This document shows, one piece after another, positions 33,701-48,515 of a stretch of 64,000 nucleotides of DNA; position 1 is the first letter of the stretch, and each line of letters begins with the position of its first letter. The stretch comes from Lingula anatina (lineage: Eukaryota; Animalia; Brachiopoda): positions 24,800,001-24,864,000 of the forward strand of contig CM120642.1 in assembly GCA_051362555.1 (NCBI GenBank), in the 5' to 3' direction. The translations under genes were made by a program, and so were the position numbers. The notes below the pieces were generated by a model. That model did not search any database. It worked only from the letters and a program-made list of their open reading frames with translations, and had not been told where the DNA came from.

Positions 33701-36700
33701 TAAAACAACTAGTTAGTAAATGCATTTTTAACTTCATTAAAAGTAAACTGTGATGCATAGTTGTTACACTATTTTTTCTAAAAAAAAATAATTTTCAGGG
33801 CTTGACTTCATTTTGATACATTGGAACAGGGCCTGTATGAACTGTCAAATCAATATAATGGCAACAAGGGGAGGGGTGGTGGAGGGGGGGGGGCAGGTAC
33901 TTGTAGCTTAATGTAGTTAGAAAAGTATTTTATGACATTCTGAGACTAGACCTTTTTTTGTGTGGTGTAAAACATTTCTTTTGCATGACCTACCATCACT
34001 GAATAAATACCCCATAAAGGTTATAGATTAATTGATGTTTTGAGAGATAATTCAGTCTCAGAGTTACTGCCACTCATTTTCAGTTTTAAATTATTTTGTG
34101 GGTACTTTGTTTTGATAGATAGGAACATGTTGCCACTCTTCCTCAAATTCTAAATTGCTTTGTGAATGCCATGTTTTGATAGATTTGAAGATGTTGCCGG
34201 TCTTTCTCGGGTTAAATTTTTTTGTTTGCAAAAAACTTGCTTTGATAGATAGAAAGTTGATTCCTTCTCTGCTTGAAGCAAATTTCCTGACATGACCCTA
34301 GTTCTATAGCAGACAACAACATGTTTTTTAAAAAAATTGATGATACAACTGGAAGGTATATTTTGATTGAGGTTTTGTAATTAAGTGAACAGGACGCTGC
34401 GTTTATAAAAATATTGATATTATTTGGAGAAATAAGGGTTAGAATTCCTGACATTTAGGATATTGCAATCTGTTATTAGTGTTCACCTGAAAATAGAAGT
34501 GACATTTTCTAAAGGATATATGTGACAGTGTTGCTTTGAGGCATTTTTGGGGATTAAAAACATCAGAAATGTTTTCATTTTGAAGTCTTTCTGTTAAACT
34601 TATACATTATTATTAAGATGAAAATCTAATATTTCAGTGTTTTACACAAGAAAGGATAATATAAGAAATTGGTCTTGGATTTATTATGCAAGCGCTACAG
34701 ACACCAGTGTTATTGCTTCACTAGGCTCCTTACTGGAAATGGGATCAAGAACGGTTCAATATGAGGAGGATCATTAATGAAAAAAAACTAGCACATATCC
34801 ATTAAAAAAAACAATTTCCACCAGCGACACTTATGAAAAAGTGACAAATCTTATCAATTACTGCAGAAATACTTGATGTCACAGACTTTGACACAGATCA
34901 AGATTTATTTGACGAGTGCATGCTTCTTATAGCTATTTACATAAAGGCCTGCAGAACAGTGCTGTACAAATAAGCCTGGCTTAAATGTGTCAACCCAGAC
35001 TTAGACTGAATTAGTAGGACCTTCTATTGTTGATAGAAAGTGGGGAAAAGTACTGGAATTCAAGATGACACATTTTCACCGTTCTTTGAGTTTTCCAAGC
35101 ACAACAACAGGTGGGTATTGTAGTATTTTTTTGCATTGATTCATCTTACTACATGTAGTAGAAGGACTTTTTTTATTTTTCACTCGTGGATATCTTCATA
35201 AATTGGCTTGCAGCAATGTTCATTCATCAGTTAATTCATCCATCCATCCATCCATCCATTATTACTTTCCATAAATTCAACAGAAATGACACAGCTGTAG
35301 AAAGAGAGGTCTCTCTGAACACAAGTCTGGTGTCACTGCAGTGTAATGGCCAATCAAGGCATATGATAGCATTGATATTAATATTATTCATAGCCACCTG
35401 ATGGGTTAACAAGCCTGGGAATATTGACACCATGCATGTCACATTTTCATACCTGTAAATATGCTTCTACTGTCCCCTCCTTGATTACAGTGTGGGTGTA
35501 ATATAATTAGAAGGTGTCCATTACAGTGTAATTATCTGTCCTAGCCATTGCACCGATTCAACTTCACTGCACAGTATTGAGTTTGTCAACATGGTATGTC
35601 AATCAGCAGGCACATTGTACTAAATAAGTGTATATTAACCTGCCAATTTTTTCCTGTTGCATCTGTCTATTTAGTAATACTAATAGATGGTGATAGATCC
35701 TGTGTGTTAATTTAATGTCTTGCATGTTTTTCAGTCTTTATTTCAAATACAAAATAAAAACTGAAATTAAATTTTGAAATTCTACATGCAGTAGAGTGTA
35801 AAGGTATCGATGGTAGGCTTAGTAGCAGAAATGGTACCCAAATTTTCTAGCTCCCTTAAATTTGTGTATACTACTAGTAATTGTATCAAAAATTTTACGT
35901 CGCTGACACACTACACCTGTTACATTATGCATAATACAGTCTTTATTGCAAAAACAAATTGAGAGACGGTGCTTTAGAAAACTCCATGAAATTAAAATTG
36001 TTGCACAGGCTATGGGCTACATGTAAAAAACAATATACTTGTTAAAGCACTATATATTAAACGCTCTATTGAAGTCTTGTGTACAATATACCAGTATGCA
36101 ACAAAACCTCTACATCACACCATGCACCTGATGAAGTTAATAATATGGAAAACAACACAAAAAACGTACGCACACACACGCACGCACACTCAAACACCTA
36201 ATATGCACTGCTGCAGGTGTTATAATCTAACACACCTAATACCTGAATGACTGCATCCCACTTACTTAATATGCTGTACAGAGAAAATAGTTGGAGTGTG
36301 CGATCCTTTGTAGTCTGTTATTTGTATGACAAGCATGTCTGTGCCCCCGGTCTCCCCCCATTCATGGCTAGGGTAGCTTAAGGGAAGTATGGCCAGTGCA
36401 CTAAAAATATTGTTGTATGTGAGTATGAACACGACTTGAAAGGTAATTCAGTGGAGTAATTACCTGACGGGTAGTTCAGGAGAGTAATTATGCTTGAAAG
36501 GTAGGATTGAATGGGTGGATAGAGGGAGATGTGTGTGTATTTGGGGGGGGGGGGGGGGGGGGAGGGGATTTTTAAAGAAATTTTATAGATATGTACAGGG
36601 TAAAATGTTAGGTTAATGAACTATAGCTAAGTTTGAGAGAAAAAAAAAGACTTGTCATTGAAGTTCATTCCCTATAATAAAAATGTTAAGTCCAATCAAA

Positions 36701-39700
36701 CAATTATCGTTGAAACATGCAGTACGTCATTGTATAAGAAATGCTCAGTTTCATTTGTAATCTTGTGCCTGCTCCCATTTAAAAATTTTAGAAATCTGTG
36801 AAATGTTCCTCATTTCATTTTTGTTTGGTCATTGGGAAACGTAAGTACTTTCGATTGACATATTTATTGTAGAATAAGACTTAGACCAACAGTTTGGGGC
36901 CATTGCCAAAGTAGTTCTAATCAATAAAATGTTGATGGGTCTGCTTTACTTTCTTTCTCCCGCCAAACGCCCACTAAATCCGGATTACCAAAGGGCACCG
37001 TGCTCAGAGTTGCATGTCAAAGGTGATTTGCAGCGGGGTATAAAGTGGACATTGTTACACTAAGTGGTCAGATGGCCATCTTAGATATTAAAGATGACAA
37101 GAAGAAATGCTACTGTTAAATCCAAAATATACTCCGTGCTTTAAATTTCTGTATAAGAGATAAAATAGGTTGTAAATGTCTGTGTGTGCATCATGCATGC
37201 GTGCACGTACATCTGTGCATGTGCATGCATGAGCATTTGTCTGAATTTTTGTAAAGACAAAATTCTTGCATTCATGTCTTTGTTGAGTGTACAATAAAAA
37301 CGGTTTAAAGAGATGGATCCTGTCACAATTTCCATGTGGCATAAAAAGGGTGAGGCTAGAAAATATTTTTTTACCACCACCACATTAAAGAAAAGGGCAG
37401 AAAAAGGAGAAGTCTGAATGTTGAATATCTTTTCATCGTGTCAAAAAATATCTCAAAACATTTAGTTACAACAGGTTTTTCTTGTTTAGATGCTAAAAAG
37501 TAATGGTACGTGACATTGTTTGCTATTTCATGTAAGTGTTAGACCTATAATTAATGAGTGTCTCAACGGGGGTTCTTTTCCCCACCTTTTACTAAATGCT
37601 TCTGCTGCTTTCTTAAATCTGGTGAAATACTTGTAGCTTTTTTGATTCTTTTTTAACTGTGATGATATAATATTAATTGTGTCCAAAGAGGCTATACATT
37701 TTTTACCTAACATAGGAGGCTTGACTTTAGACCTGTCATCAAATGGACTTTGATCACATGACTGATTCATTGATATGAGTTCTAAAGTGTTTGGAAATTT
37801 TTACTTTTTTATTACTTAATGAGTAATTGTAATTGATTGGTATATTTTTAAATAAAAATGCAGTTTGAAATATTAGATTCATTCTCTAATGCTTTACTAT
37901 GGGCAGATTTACAGGATGTACTAGTTAGTATCTCTTTTTGCTGAAATGAGTTTAATCCTATGGCAGCATAATAAAAAAGAAAAAAATACATATAGGTTAT
38001 TATTTTATGTCTGTATTGGTCTTTAGATTTCGATAGTTTTTAATTAAATAGCAACTGTCACGTTTGCTCTTTTGTTGTATAATTGTGAACACCTTTTGAA
38101 TTAAACATGCTGTCTCACCTATAAGTAAACACCTATCCCTAGAACCCCACCTTCAAAAGTACATGTTCCTGTCCAGACATATCTTGTGTACCTTAATTGT
38201 TTGAGTCAATAAGACACAGATTGTGGTTTAACAACTTGTTAGTTGTCACCACTTTAACCACACACACTTTCAGTTTTAGAGTACTCATGTTTTTCTAGGA
38301 TTGGGTGAGGGTGGAGGCTTGAGGGAATTTTTTTAGGTGTTCTGTATATCATAAAGTTATCTAGGTTGCGGCATGGAGGGTATTTTTTTACAGAATATAA
38401 GAATGAGTTGTGATTAAGCCCTCAATACTGTTCTTGGAGGGGGGGGGAGAAAATACATTGGTATGTATGTTAATTTTCATGTGGTCAGTAATGATTAAGA
38501 AATGCACAGGTACTGGTATATGTGTTTTATTAAAATAAGTATCAAACATAGTGTCCACTCCCCCCCCCCCCCCCCCCCCCCCCCCATCATGTACTCTTTG
38601 ATGCTGTCAAGCACCATGGATTTTACTTTCTTTGATAAACAGGTAAAACCCAGTGACATATGCATCTGTTTGTAGAAACTGATGCCACTTTCAGCATTGT
38701 GAAATACAGGGTACAGTCCTGGCCTACTTCACAGTGGGTTTGGGCATAGCTGTGGTATTGGTGACCAACTTTAGGAATTCCTGTAATATTTCCCCAATTA
38801 CCTGCCCTGCCAGTTCCATTAATTTGAGGGCACAAGAGGTAAAAAAGCCATTTGTTGAAAATTGAATGCTAATTTTGTAAATAAGCAAGTCTTGCTGGCT
38901 GTCAATGTTTTTAATGTTAGACCTTTCAGACTTGTAGATTATTAAATCCCAAATTATATATCCCAAAGTATTAGTCTCCTCCCCTCTCTCTCTCTTTCTC
39001 TAACTCTCTCTCTAGTTGAAATATTGCAAACTATCCCCCTCCTTTGACCCTCCTGTTGACTCTGTCTGACTCTATACCGGTATACTACATCTCCCAAAAG
39101 CTGACTTAACATACATATATACTAGTACAGAGATAGCTAGACAGAATACTGGCACCATTAAAACATGTGACAGTTTGTCCTGCTGGTAAGGTCTTGGCTT
39201 TTTTTTCACACATGTTTGAGCAAGGAAAATGTTTGTTCTAGTTGGTATATTTGTAGACTGCTGGTGTGCGACTGTGGGTGTTATGTCTGATATGCTTGGT
39301 ATGTCAACTGTGGATGGCACATATTACAGTTCGTACTTACAGAATTAAGGCAAGTGGTTGGGCTGTAGTCTCACATCTTCCTGATTTGCTGGTCATGCTG
39401 AAAGGTATTAATCTTATGTTTATAATATATTTATAAATGTCTGTTCTGATGTTTTACATTTTAAATGAAGCTTTTTTATTTTTCATGGTGAATTTAAAAT
39501 GTGTTCAGACAAAAACTAGTTTCGACTGGAAATATGACTTAATGTCAAACATTTAACCAGATAGATTAGCCAAAACCAATGTCTGTGGACGGTATATGGA
39601 GCTCTAAGGTAGAAGGCTGGGTTCCAAAGAGACCCCACTGGGACTCAGAATAATCATTTCCTGGTTGATAATTCATAAAGATTTTCAGATGATGGTCAGC

Positions 39701-40161
39701 AAGACCAGTGGGCATTCCCAGTTTTTCAGTAGTTACCAGAGCAGTCTGAACAGACTGTCAGACTTTCAACAAGCTGTCATGTTGTTTCTCTGACAATATT
39801 TGTTGTTGTAATGCATAGGATCTTTGTTTGATCAGAACTTGATTGAAGAAAGACTAGGTTTTAGATTTGGTTTACTCATAGTTAAACTAGCTAAATGGCA
39901 AATAACAAAACAGTTTTTATGATTAATTTTTTTTATGTAACATCATCTTTAAGTAATATGTTCCATTGTTTATTTACTTATTTATTAAAGCCCATATGTA
40001 ATTGACTTAAGCTATTCTGTTACTCTCCAACTTTTATGTCATATATCCTTCAGTTCATGCTGCTAGGCAATTTTTTCAAAGCTCCTCATTTTGCAAGCTA
40101 AGACATACTGATAAATAATCCATAACATGCTGATGTGTAGATCACATATCATTGTTTTATT

Positions 40162-40322
40162 GGGGTCATATCAATAGTTTGAAGATTCATTGGTCCAAAG
40201 GCTCGATAGTCTAAATAAATGTCTGAATAATTTATATTTTACTGGCAATAAAGTAAAGTTCATCAGGGGTATGAAAAAAATTTTTTTGGACCAATGAACC
40301 TTGGGATTATCAGGACTCCCCC
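40162..40322. mobile_element. Degenerate inverted-repeat element (old MITE)
   Basis: TTCATTGGTCCAAA pairs with TTTGGACCAATGAA, with weaker pairing out to GGGGTC.../...GACTCCCC. TSD not clear. Confidence 0.5.
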
Positions 40323-41634
40323 ATTATAATAGCTTTTTTGATGTTGTGTCTGTGGTATTGCAGTCTTTTGCTATCAATTCAGTGAAGCAAAGTTTTTTCT
40401 GTGTGAGGTCCCTTATTTTATTTGGATTAGATTTGAAAAAGTTAATATCTAAGCAATGGAAACTGAAGGTTTAACTAATTCAGAATCATTACAATATATA
40501 ATATTGTATAAGGGTTTCAATTTCAACAAGTTTAATTGTGACTGTGGTGTTTACAGGTTATAAAACATTATTATGGCATTTGTGATGAATTTTCACCTGT
40601 ACTATTCAAACCAATTTGGTAACAATAGCCCTACCTTGTTACCAGTATTTTGAAATCAAATTTGAAAACTTCGTGTTATGTTAGCTGTTTAACTTGACTT
40701 TTGACTTTAGTCCAAATTGTGTTATTATTGTTAAGTTGTGATTGTAACCTAACAGTTCAGGGTAGGTTAATTATTCAAAAACAAGCATTTGTATATTGAT
40801 ACGCTGGTGGTTTAAAGAAAGGAGAAAACTGCTTGCAACTAAGCTGCCATTTGATATAACTTTTCGGTAATAATTCATGAAAACACACAGGAATTTATCC
40901 ACTTCATCAGATGCAAAGACAGTGGACTAAAGATACACACCTTGCACTTCTCAATTTCCTTTGAGGAAAAAGGTAACATCAGTTCCACTAAATTTTTTTG
41001 TCAGGTAGGACAACTAAATATATGTATGTCTAGAGTTATTCAACTCTTTATTTGTCTTATACTTTATATCTGAACATTATCAATATGATGACTGTATTAG
41101 AAACCTAAAGCAAGGTACATATGTTGAAAGGTGTTTGAAGAGTGAAAATATAGCACATGGATTGAATGAACAAAGTAAATTTGCAGTAGCCATTTAGACT
41201 CCATTGGTATTTCCGCTACCTTATTACAGCAAATAATTCAAGGTAATACAGTCAGTGTTGGGAAACTTACTTAATCTATGTTACCTGTGCAGAAAATGAT
41301 TTTTATTTTTGGAGAATTGGTAAAATTCCTCTTGATGTGAACCCATGCTTCTTAAAAGGCAAGGAAAAAGAAGGGAGAAGGGAAAGTATATTTGTGTGGT
41401 ATATACCTGCCTATGTATGTGGAGAGTGAATTTTTCAGAATTTGTGAGAGATAGAGGCTGGTTTAGAGGTTGAAAAATGTACCCCTCTTTGTTAGTAAGT
41501 TTTCATTTGATCTGCAGATGGAAGATTATGGGGCGCCATACCCCTCATTACCACTTTATCTCAAATTCATTCTAAGAGGGCAAATCTCACTGTTTTTATT
41601 TAGACGTTTATGAAGATTTTATCTGTTATTTCAG

Positions 41635-41741
41635 AGCCTGTGAGGATGCCCTCCAACAAACACATCCCCATAGATCGCTGGCTGAAAACAATAGGACTGC
41701 CGGAATACATCAACATGTTCGAGAGATATACGGGAGTGGAG
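41635..41741 (+). CDS. BCAR3: BCAR3/NSP-family adaptor, exon encoding the N-terminal half of a SAM domain (ATG at 41646)
   Basis: Acceptor ctgttatttcag| and donor GAG|GTAAAG. MPSNKHIPIDRWLKTIGLPEYINMFERYTGVE matches the SAM pattern WL..IGL..Y...F. The phase-0 end fits the next exon. Confidence 0.88.
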
Positions 41742-44252
41742 GTAAAGTTGTCATTGAGAACTCGGCCATTTTGGAAAGATTATATTAGCAGTAATTTAAA
41801 AAAAAAAAAAGAAAGAAAAAAATAAACGACCATTCTTTGAAAGAACAAGAATTGGAATAGTTTCTAAGCCTTACATTTAAGAGAATCAGTCTCTACCAGA
41901 GACATTTTAGCACTACTGTCGATTTTTAATTTGAAACTTCACTATTCACAGCCATCTTAATAGTACTTCTGCCAGCTTTTATAGAAAACAAATTGTCTAT
42001 AAAGCTAATAGCACATTTGGCCAATTCTGTGAAACTTTCCAATAAACTGAAGGCAAACAGGTATAAACTGATGGGTGCAGTTTGACAGGTGGAGTCATTA
42101 TTTCAAGTAATTAGGTAATTTTTCTTGTGTAGGTACGAGGAAGTGGTATTTGTGTGGGCCATTGCTTTTACTGCATCACTAAAACACCGAGTAGTACCTT
42201 TCTACAATTATACTTAGTTTTTTCTCTATGAGTGAACTTCATTTATTGCATGAAAAGGCACAAGATAAGCTTAATTTATGGTAATAGCACTTCTTTGTAC
42301 CAGTACAGACCTGTATACAAAAGTACAGTAAGGTAAACTGGGTAGACCGTGTAGCATGTGTAGCATGACCAAATCACTAATGAAGTGCTTGCAAGCAGAA
42401 CATGCGATAATTGATCACATAATCATTAAACACTAGCATATACCCACATGCATCAGGAAGCCAATGTGTGAAGTTCACCCTGAGATATATGCTGAGTGTG
42501 TTAGAGAAGACCTAACATTACAGTCAAATGTGTCTAGATGTGATGGTAATGTGCATTGACTAGTGTGCAAATGAACCTTACAAGATTGTGCAGTGAATTC
42601 TTAAAATGTAATGTGTTCTTTAAGTAGATAAATTTATAGACTATATCAAGTCACACATTGAAAAATATTCATCATTGAATTTCAGTCTGGTTGGAGATTG
42701 CACAACTATTTGAATAAAGTAGTCCTCTCTATGAAAGTATCCCCCTTCCCAAAGGAAAAAGAGAATGAAAATGAAAAATGTTAACATGCACTATTCAAAT
42801 CTGTCATTAAACTTATCGGATGATTAATTGCATTGATACAATAACAATCTTTTTTTTTTCTTATTTTTTACTTGACTGGATGAACCTAGAAAACGATCAA
42901 TTATCTTTTGAACAGAAATCTGTATCAAATTCTGAAATCTCAAAGCTAAAATTTGATGTATGATTTAACTCTACCTAAGACCCATATTTCCCAAATAATC
43001 CATACTTGGACCATGTAACATGAGATAATCAAGCTGTACATGATTTCCTGCTAATTGAGCTCTTGTGGAGATAGCATCTGAACCCATTGATTTAATGTCA
43101 TTCTTATGTTTCTGGTCTGGCTCTCAGATCAGCGTGAGTAATCTCATTCTTTGTTTTCTATCAGACCAGTGTCTGTTTCAGAAGGCTAATCACCAATGAA
43201 ATTTCCTGGATTTTTAACCTTAATTATATAAAAGAACAAAAATGATCATCATTATTGTGGCATTAACTTGACTTTTGCTTCAATTTGTTTGAAATGATGT
43301 TCTGGCTTGTCTGCTTATACATTGAAACATCTATACAAGCAGACGATGCCCAAGTCAATTGCAATCAGTGTATCCCCTCTACATATGGATTCTCAGTGGA
43401 AGATCTTCCTGGTAGTGCTGTGGCCTTTCTTTTTTTCATGATTTTTTTTAAATTATTTGTTGCAAACAAAATAAATAAATGCTGAGTTCATGAAAAGACA
43501 TTTTATATTCTTCCATTTGAATAACATCTTTGCTTTTGAAAAGGATATTACACACACAGTATTTCCCCTTCAGACATGGATTTTTGATGGCAGAGTTTTC
43601 TGTTACTTGCGTTTTTCTCCTGGCTGTCACAATTATTTGATGCTAACAAAATAAATTGAAACTAAATACAAAATATGTTTTTTGAAAAGGAAATTAAACA
43701 TATAATATTTCCCCTCTAAACAGAATTTATTAAGTGGAAGAGTTATTGGATTTTTTTTTTTTGTCTTTCATTATTATTTGATGCTGAATACAAGAAATGG
43801 CATATGTTTTTCTTATATGTGAGTCCCATCCTTGTTTTTATTATTCTTATATTTGAGTCACATCCTTGTTTTTTGGAAAGGACATGTCAGGTATCAAATG
43901 TTTCCTTAATTTAAAAATGTTTGGGTTTTAAGTGAAAATGTTTTTTCTTAAAGCTCTTTGAAAGAAAGGAAACAAATTAGTAAAAAAGTTGATAAATTTG
44001 GACATCAATATGGACTTTTGAAAGTATTACCTTAATAATAGAAAAAAAATCTCAAAAGTGTTGCAAATTATTATGCTTTGAGGAGAATTTGCCATAAAAT
44101 TGTGCTGAATCTGATCTGAAAAACAATAACAACTACATACAGTTTCAGTATTTATTAGGTTTACATACATTTATATTTTATTTGTCTATAGTTTAATGCA
44201 GTAAAAGTCACTTGTGCATAGTTTCCCATAATAAAAATTGATTGTTTTCTAG

Positions 44253-44364
44253 GCTCTTCTAAATGCCACTGAGTCCGACGTCAGAAACATGGGGGTGTTA
44301 AATGCAGCACACAGAGCCAGGATCATAAGTAGCCTAAGAATATTAAAGGATAAATACGAGAGAG
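44253..44364 (+). CDS. BCAR3: BCAR3/NSP-family adaptor, exon encoding the C-terminal half of the SAM domain
   Basis: Acceptor ttgttttctag| and donor GAG|GTAAGT. ALLNATESDVRNMGVLNAAHRARIISSLRILKDKYER matches the SAM pattern LL..T..D...MG.....HR.RI. Phase 0 to 1. Confidence 0.9.
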
Positions 44365-44992
44365 GTAAGTGGAGACAAAGTAGATCAGTTTTTTTAAATC
44401 TATTTATTACATTGGTTTAAGGTTTAGAAAGTAGCTTAACATGATCAGTTGAATTTGTGCTAGGAGATGGCTGGCGAAATTCTTTACAAAAACAGCTTTT
44501 TGAAAGATGCGCCTCGCTGTTATTTAAAACTTTATTTAATACTTGGTTCACAAATCCCATAATGTTTTGTGATCTGAATTTGTTATGGCAGTGATTCCCC
44601 ATGCCTAGACTATGCTAAATTTTCTCCTTTTACATGTACCCTGTATCAACTCAAAAGTTAATGTACACCCTGCCAGGCTATAATCCTTAGGAAAGGAGAG
44701 AGAGGTGAGGTAATACAGCTTATTTTGAAAGGCAGGAGAGCACCAAAGCAAGCGTGATAATCACAGCTTATATAGGTATATTATAGGTGTTATATGTATT
44801 ATCCCACTTAGCAGTTAGTTTACTGGACAAAAGACACCTGTCCAAATGATCAGGTTATGTCTGTTCTGTAGGACTTCATCTGCAATTTACCTGTGATGCT
44901 TTAAGAGTACCCATGTAAGTGGTTATTTCAAAGATCATTAAGAAAGGATTTTTCACTTTATGCAGTTGTAACTTTAAAGTATAATTTTGAGC

Positions 44993-44996
<4 letters not shown>

Positions 44997-45039
<43 letters not shown>
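44997..45039. repeat. Poly-T run
   Basis: Long T homopolymer. Other long homopolymers: about 2756-2782 (A), 36543-36562 (G), 38560-38585 (C). Confidence 0.9.
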
Positions 45040-45040
<1 letters not shown>

Positions 45041-48000
45041 TGGGATTTAAAAGTTTGCTTTTTTCTCAATTGTTAAAGCTTGGGAAAGGTATAATGGCCA
45101 CACATGGGCATACAGATCATTTAATTTGTGTTTTAGAATATTTGTTGATTGTTAAGAGAATACAAATTAACTCTCAAATATTCAGCAGGGATATGCACAC
45201 ACCAAGACATGTGCTTCACAAAAGATCTCTTTTTTTTTTTCAAATTAACAGGTAAAATGTTATGGCTCACCTTGCAAAGGTAAATGTTATAGTGATTTAC
45301 CTCGATATGCTCAGTAAATAAGAGAAATTTAACAGTCATCTGTCACACGTGAGAGAACACACACAGTCATGCCACAACTAGGTCATGCCTTCTGAAAGGG
45401 TCTTGTATTTATTTGTTGATCTAACCTATTTATATAGGTAGTAGTTCCTATATATTTCACTGTGCTAGTATAAGGTTTTACATATGAACAGATAGGAGAT
45501 CATATAAGGTGACTGTTCACAGTGGAAGGTATTTGCACCACACAGCTAGTCCAGGTATTATTAGTATTTTCTGGTGAGTCGTACAATTTGAGAGTACAGT
45601 AGGGTGAGTTGTACAATTTGGGTAATGGCATTTTGAGGTAAATTTGCATGAGACTTGACAATTTCTATGGCTTATTTCTATGGGGTTTTGAAATTTGAAC
45701 CACCCGTCTGTTTAATAGGGACCAGCACCCATTGCACTTCTTAGGCACAGTTTTTGACCAGTAAATACCTGTGTAGTGTATGTATATAGGGGCAAATAAT
45801 CCAAGTTGGGGCATTTTGTAGGTATATATAAGGTTATTTGCAATCACACATTTTCTACTTTTATTTAGCAGTTTGGTCATTTTCATTGAATGATGTCTTT
45901 TGAGACATATGGTTTTTCCCATATAAAGATCTAAAATACTCATTAATGGAGTGGCATACAGGCTTTATCTTTACACTGTGTGCCCAAGTGCAATTTTAGG
46001 AGTTCAAATTATTCAGTTGTTTGATCACAGCATAATGAAATAGCCATTGCTTTAAACAATGAAATGCAGCCTGGATGTAACTTGGCGCAGAACATGTTCT
46101 TTAAAAGGTAGCTCTAGAGAAAGATCCATAATTCCAATATGATTGACTTGCCCTGTGAAGTGCTTAAGTGATTAAACAACTGTTAGATTCTCACCAACGC
46201 CTATTAGAGCTAATTTTTTCTGCCAGATATCCTAGTTAAAATAGTCTAGATAGCAGAGACCTGAGTGAACAGTAGGTTCATTGCGTCCTCTTTACAGCAC
46301 AATAGACTTTTGCCAGGTATGTTGTCTACTGTATAACAGGTAGCTCATTAAAAATGTTTCTAATTTCTAAATTTAATTACTTGAACAGTTCACAAGCTTT
46401 TGCTTTGAAATTTTGCGCAGAATTTTGATATATTAACGTTGGTCGACTCTGAAAATTTCAAGTCTTAAAGTGAAACAGTTGACACATGACAAGTGTCAAA
46501 ACTGCCAGACACTGACACCTGTCAGAAGTCACTTAGGCTGGCATGGCATTTTTTGACTTAACATGTTAATTTTTTCAGTTTTCCAAAACTAAAAAAGGTA
46601 GAGTCATGCAATCTTCAGCATTTATTTAAACATAATTTTCCTAATATGTCTTAAATTTAAATGCTTTAAAACTGCTGAAGTTATTAAACTTTGAAATTAG
46701 TAACATTTTTTGAGCCACCTGATATATTAGATACTGTATATTTAAGACCAGTGATTGCACTTATCTGAATGAAAATGTTTTTTTTTTTTTTTTTTTTTAA
46801 TTAGTGCTTCAGTCAAGTTAGAATTAATTTAACTGAAGTTTGTCACCAGGTGCAGTTGCATATAAACACTTCTTCAATTTACCATCGAACAAAAACTTCT
46901 TCAGCTGCTTTAAGTCCTTTGCTCACCTTTAACAGGTATGATTTTATAACACCAGGATTAGTATACCAAACTAATGGTATTTCACAAAAATTGTAGTCAT
47001 CTATTATTTGACACTTCGAAGCTTCATTTAACTGCCAATGAACCATACCACTTATCTTAATGGTCAACTTTGAGTGTCATATGATAAACATAATTCAGTA
47101 GTACTGACTTCAAATGTAAAGTTAATTATATTTATCACCACTGTCCTTCATCGTAAAGAGGGGGTGACTGTGCCATTTCTGTTAATTGGCACCCGCAATC
47201 TCGCTATCAGTCAACTCCTAACAGGTAGTGTAATTTGTTTCTAATTATCACCTGTATATGTCAGTGTCATTGTGCTGTTGTGCACCTGACATTTTCATAC
47301 TTGACATTGTATATTTATAAGACTTGGTTTTAGTTCTCATTAGACATTTAAGTAGTCCATGCAGGTATGCAAGCTTCGTAGACCTAACAGGTAAGTTTTT
47401 ACTGCAGATTCTGTGTGGTTATGTCTGCATATGCTGCTTAATTTGTCATGTGAAAATATTCAAATAACTTGCTGATGAACATTTTTGCTCCTTTATTTGT
47501 CATGTTTGAGCCCGTTTTTGCCATTACACTTCTAGATTCAAATTTATAAATAATATATGAATAAGATTTTGCATCCTAACCATATGATTTTGTCCTGACT
47601 TGAATTGCTTGGTGTGTGTATATAGAGGCCGCCTTCAGCTAGTATATATAGTAAGGGATTAATATGAAAACCATACAGTTTTGAAAGAGGGACAATAATA
47701 TCAAGGATATTTTGAGAAAAATAATTTAAATCCCTGCACAGTTTAATTAAGCAACTGGTAAACTACTGTAATCCCAGAGCAAAACTACATAGATTTTGCC
47801 AAAGTATGACGTAAAAGAGAATTGCTCATAAAAACCATCATAACCTGGGAATATATTTGCCCAAATAATTTATGGAAGTCGACCACAGTATCTCTACTAG
47901 GATATTAATCATTTTATGACAGTTGAGGTTTTGTCTTTATCAGTTTATAAAACACCAACTGTCTACCTGATGTAACACAGGATGGAAGTGTTCCGTTTTG

Positions 48001-48515
48001 CATTTGAATCAGACTCGTGTAAATACACTTTTTTGAATAGACAGAGGTTTAACAAGAACAAGGTAGGACTGTTGTTGTTGTCTTTTTTCCTATAACTAGT
48101 ACAATGTAATGTGGAGTGTCTTTAGAAATGACATGGATGTTTGTAAGTTTTAAAACTCATCATTAATAGTGATGTAAGACTGAGTAGGTTTTGTACTTAT
48201 TGCCATTTTTTCATGGTTGCAAGATACATTTTATATTGATCCTATATAGAAATAATTTACAATAAAAATGTAAAACCATTTTGTATGTGGCAAGATTGGA
48301 TAAAAGTGGATAGGACAACAGACAGCAATCTTGCTGAACGAGACACTAATTTTTATGTCCTCCCAATGTAAATCCATGCTGTAGACAGTCGGACATAATA
48401 TTATGTAAGCGAAATGAGTAATGACAGTTTTGCCCAACCCTTATGGTGCAGTCGGATTTATTGCTGCTTTTAAGTGACAGGTGCTCTATCATTTCTTGTC
48501 TCCATTGTCTTCTTT

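Noticed and set aside
36430-36505. Short repeats of about 29 bp resembling a CRISPR-like array (also 21345-21450 and 45573-45622)
   Set aside because: Only two or three degenerate head-to-tail units without unique spacers, no cas genes, and a eukaryotic intron context.
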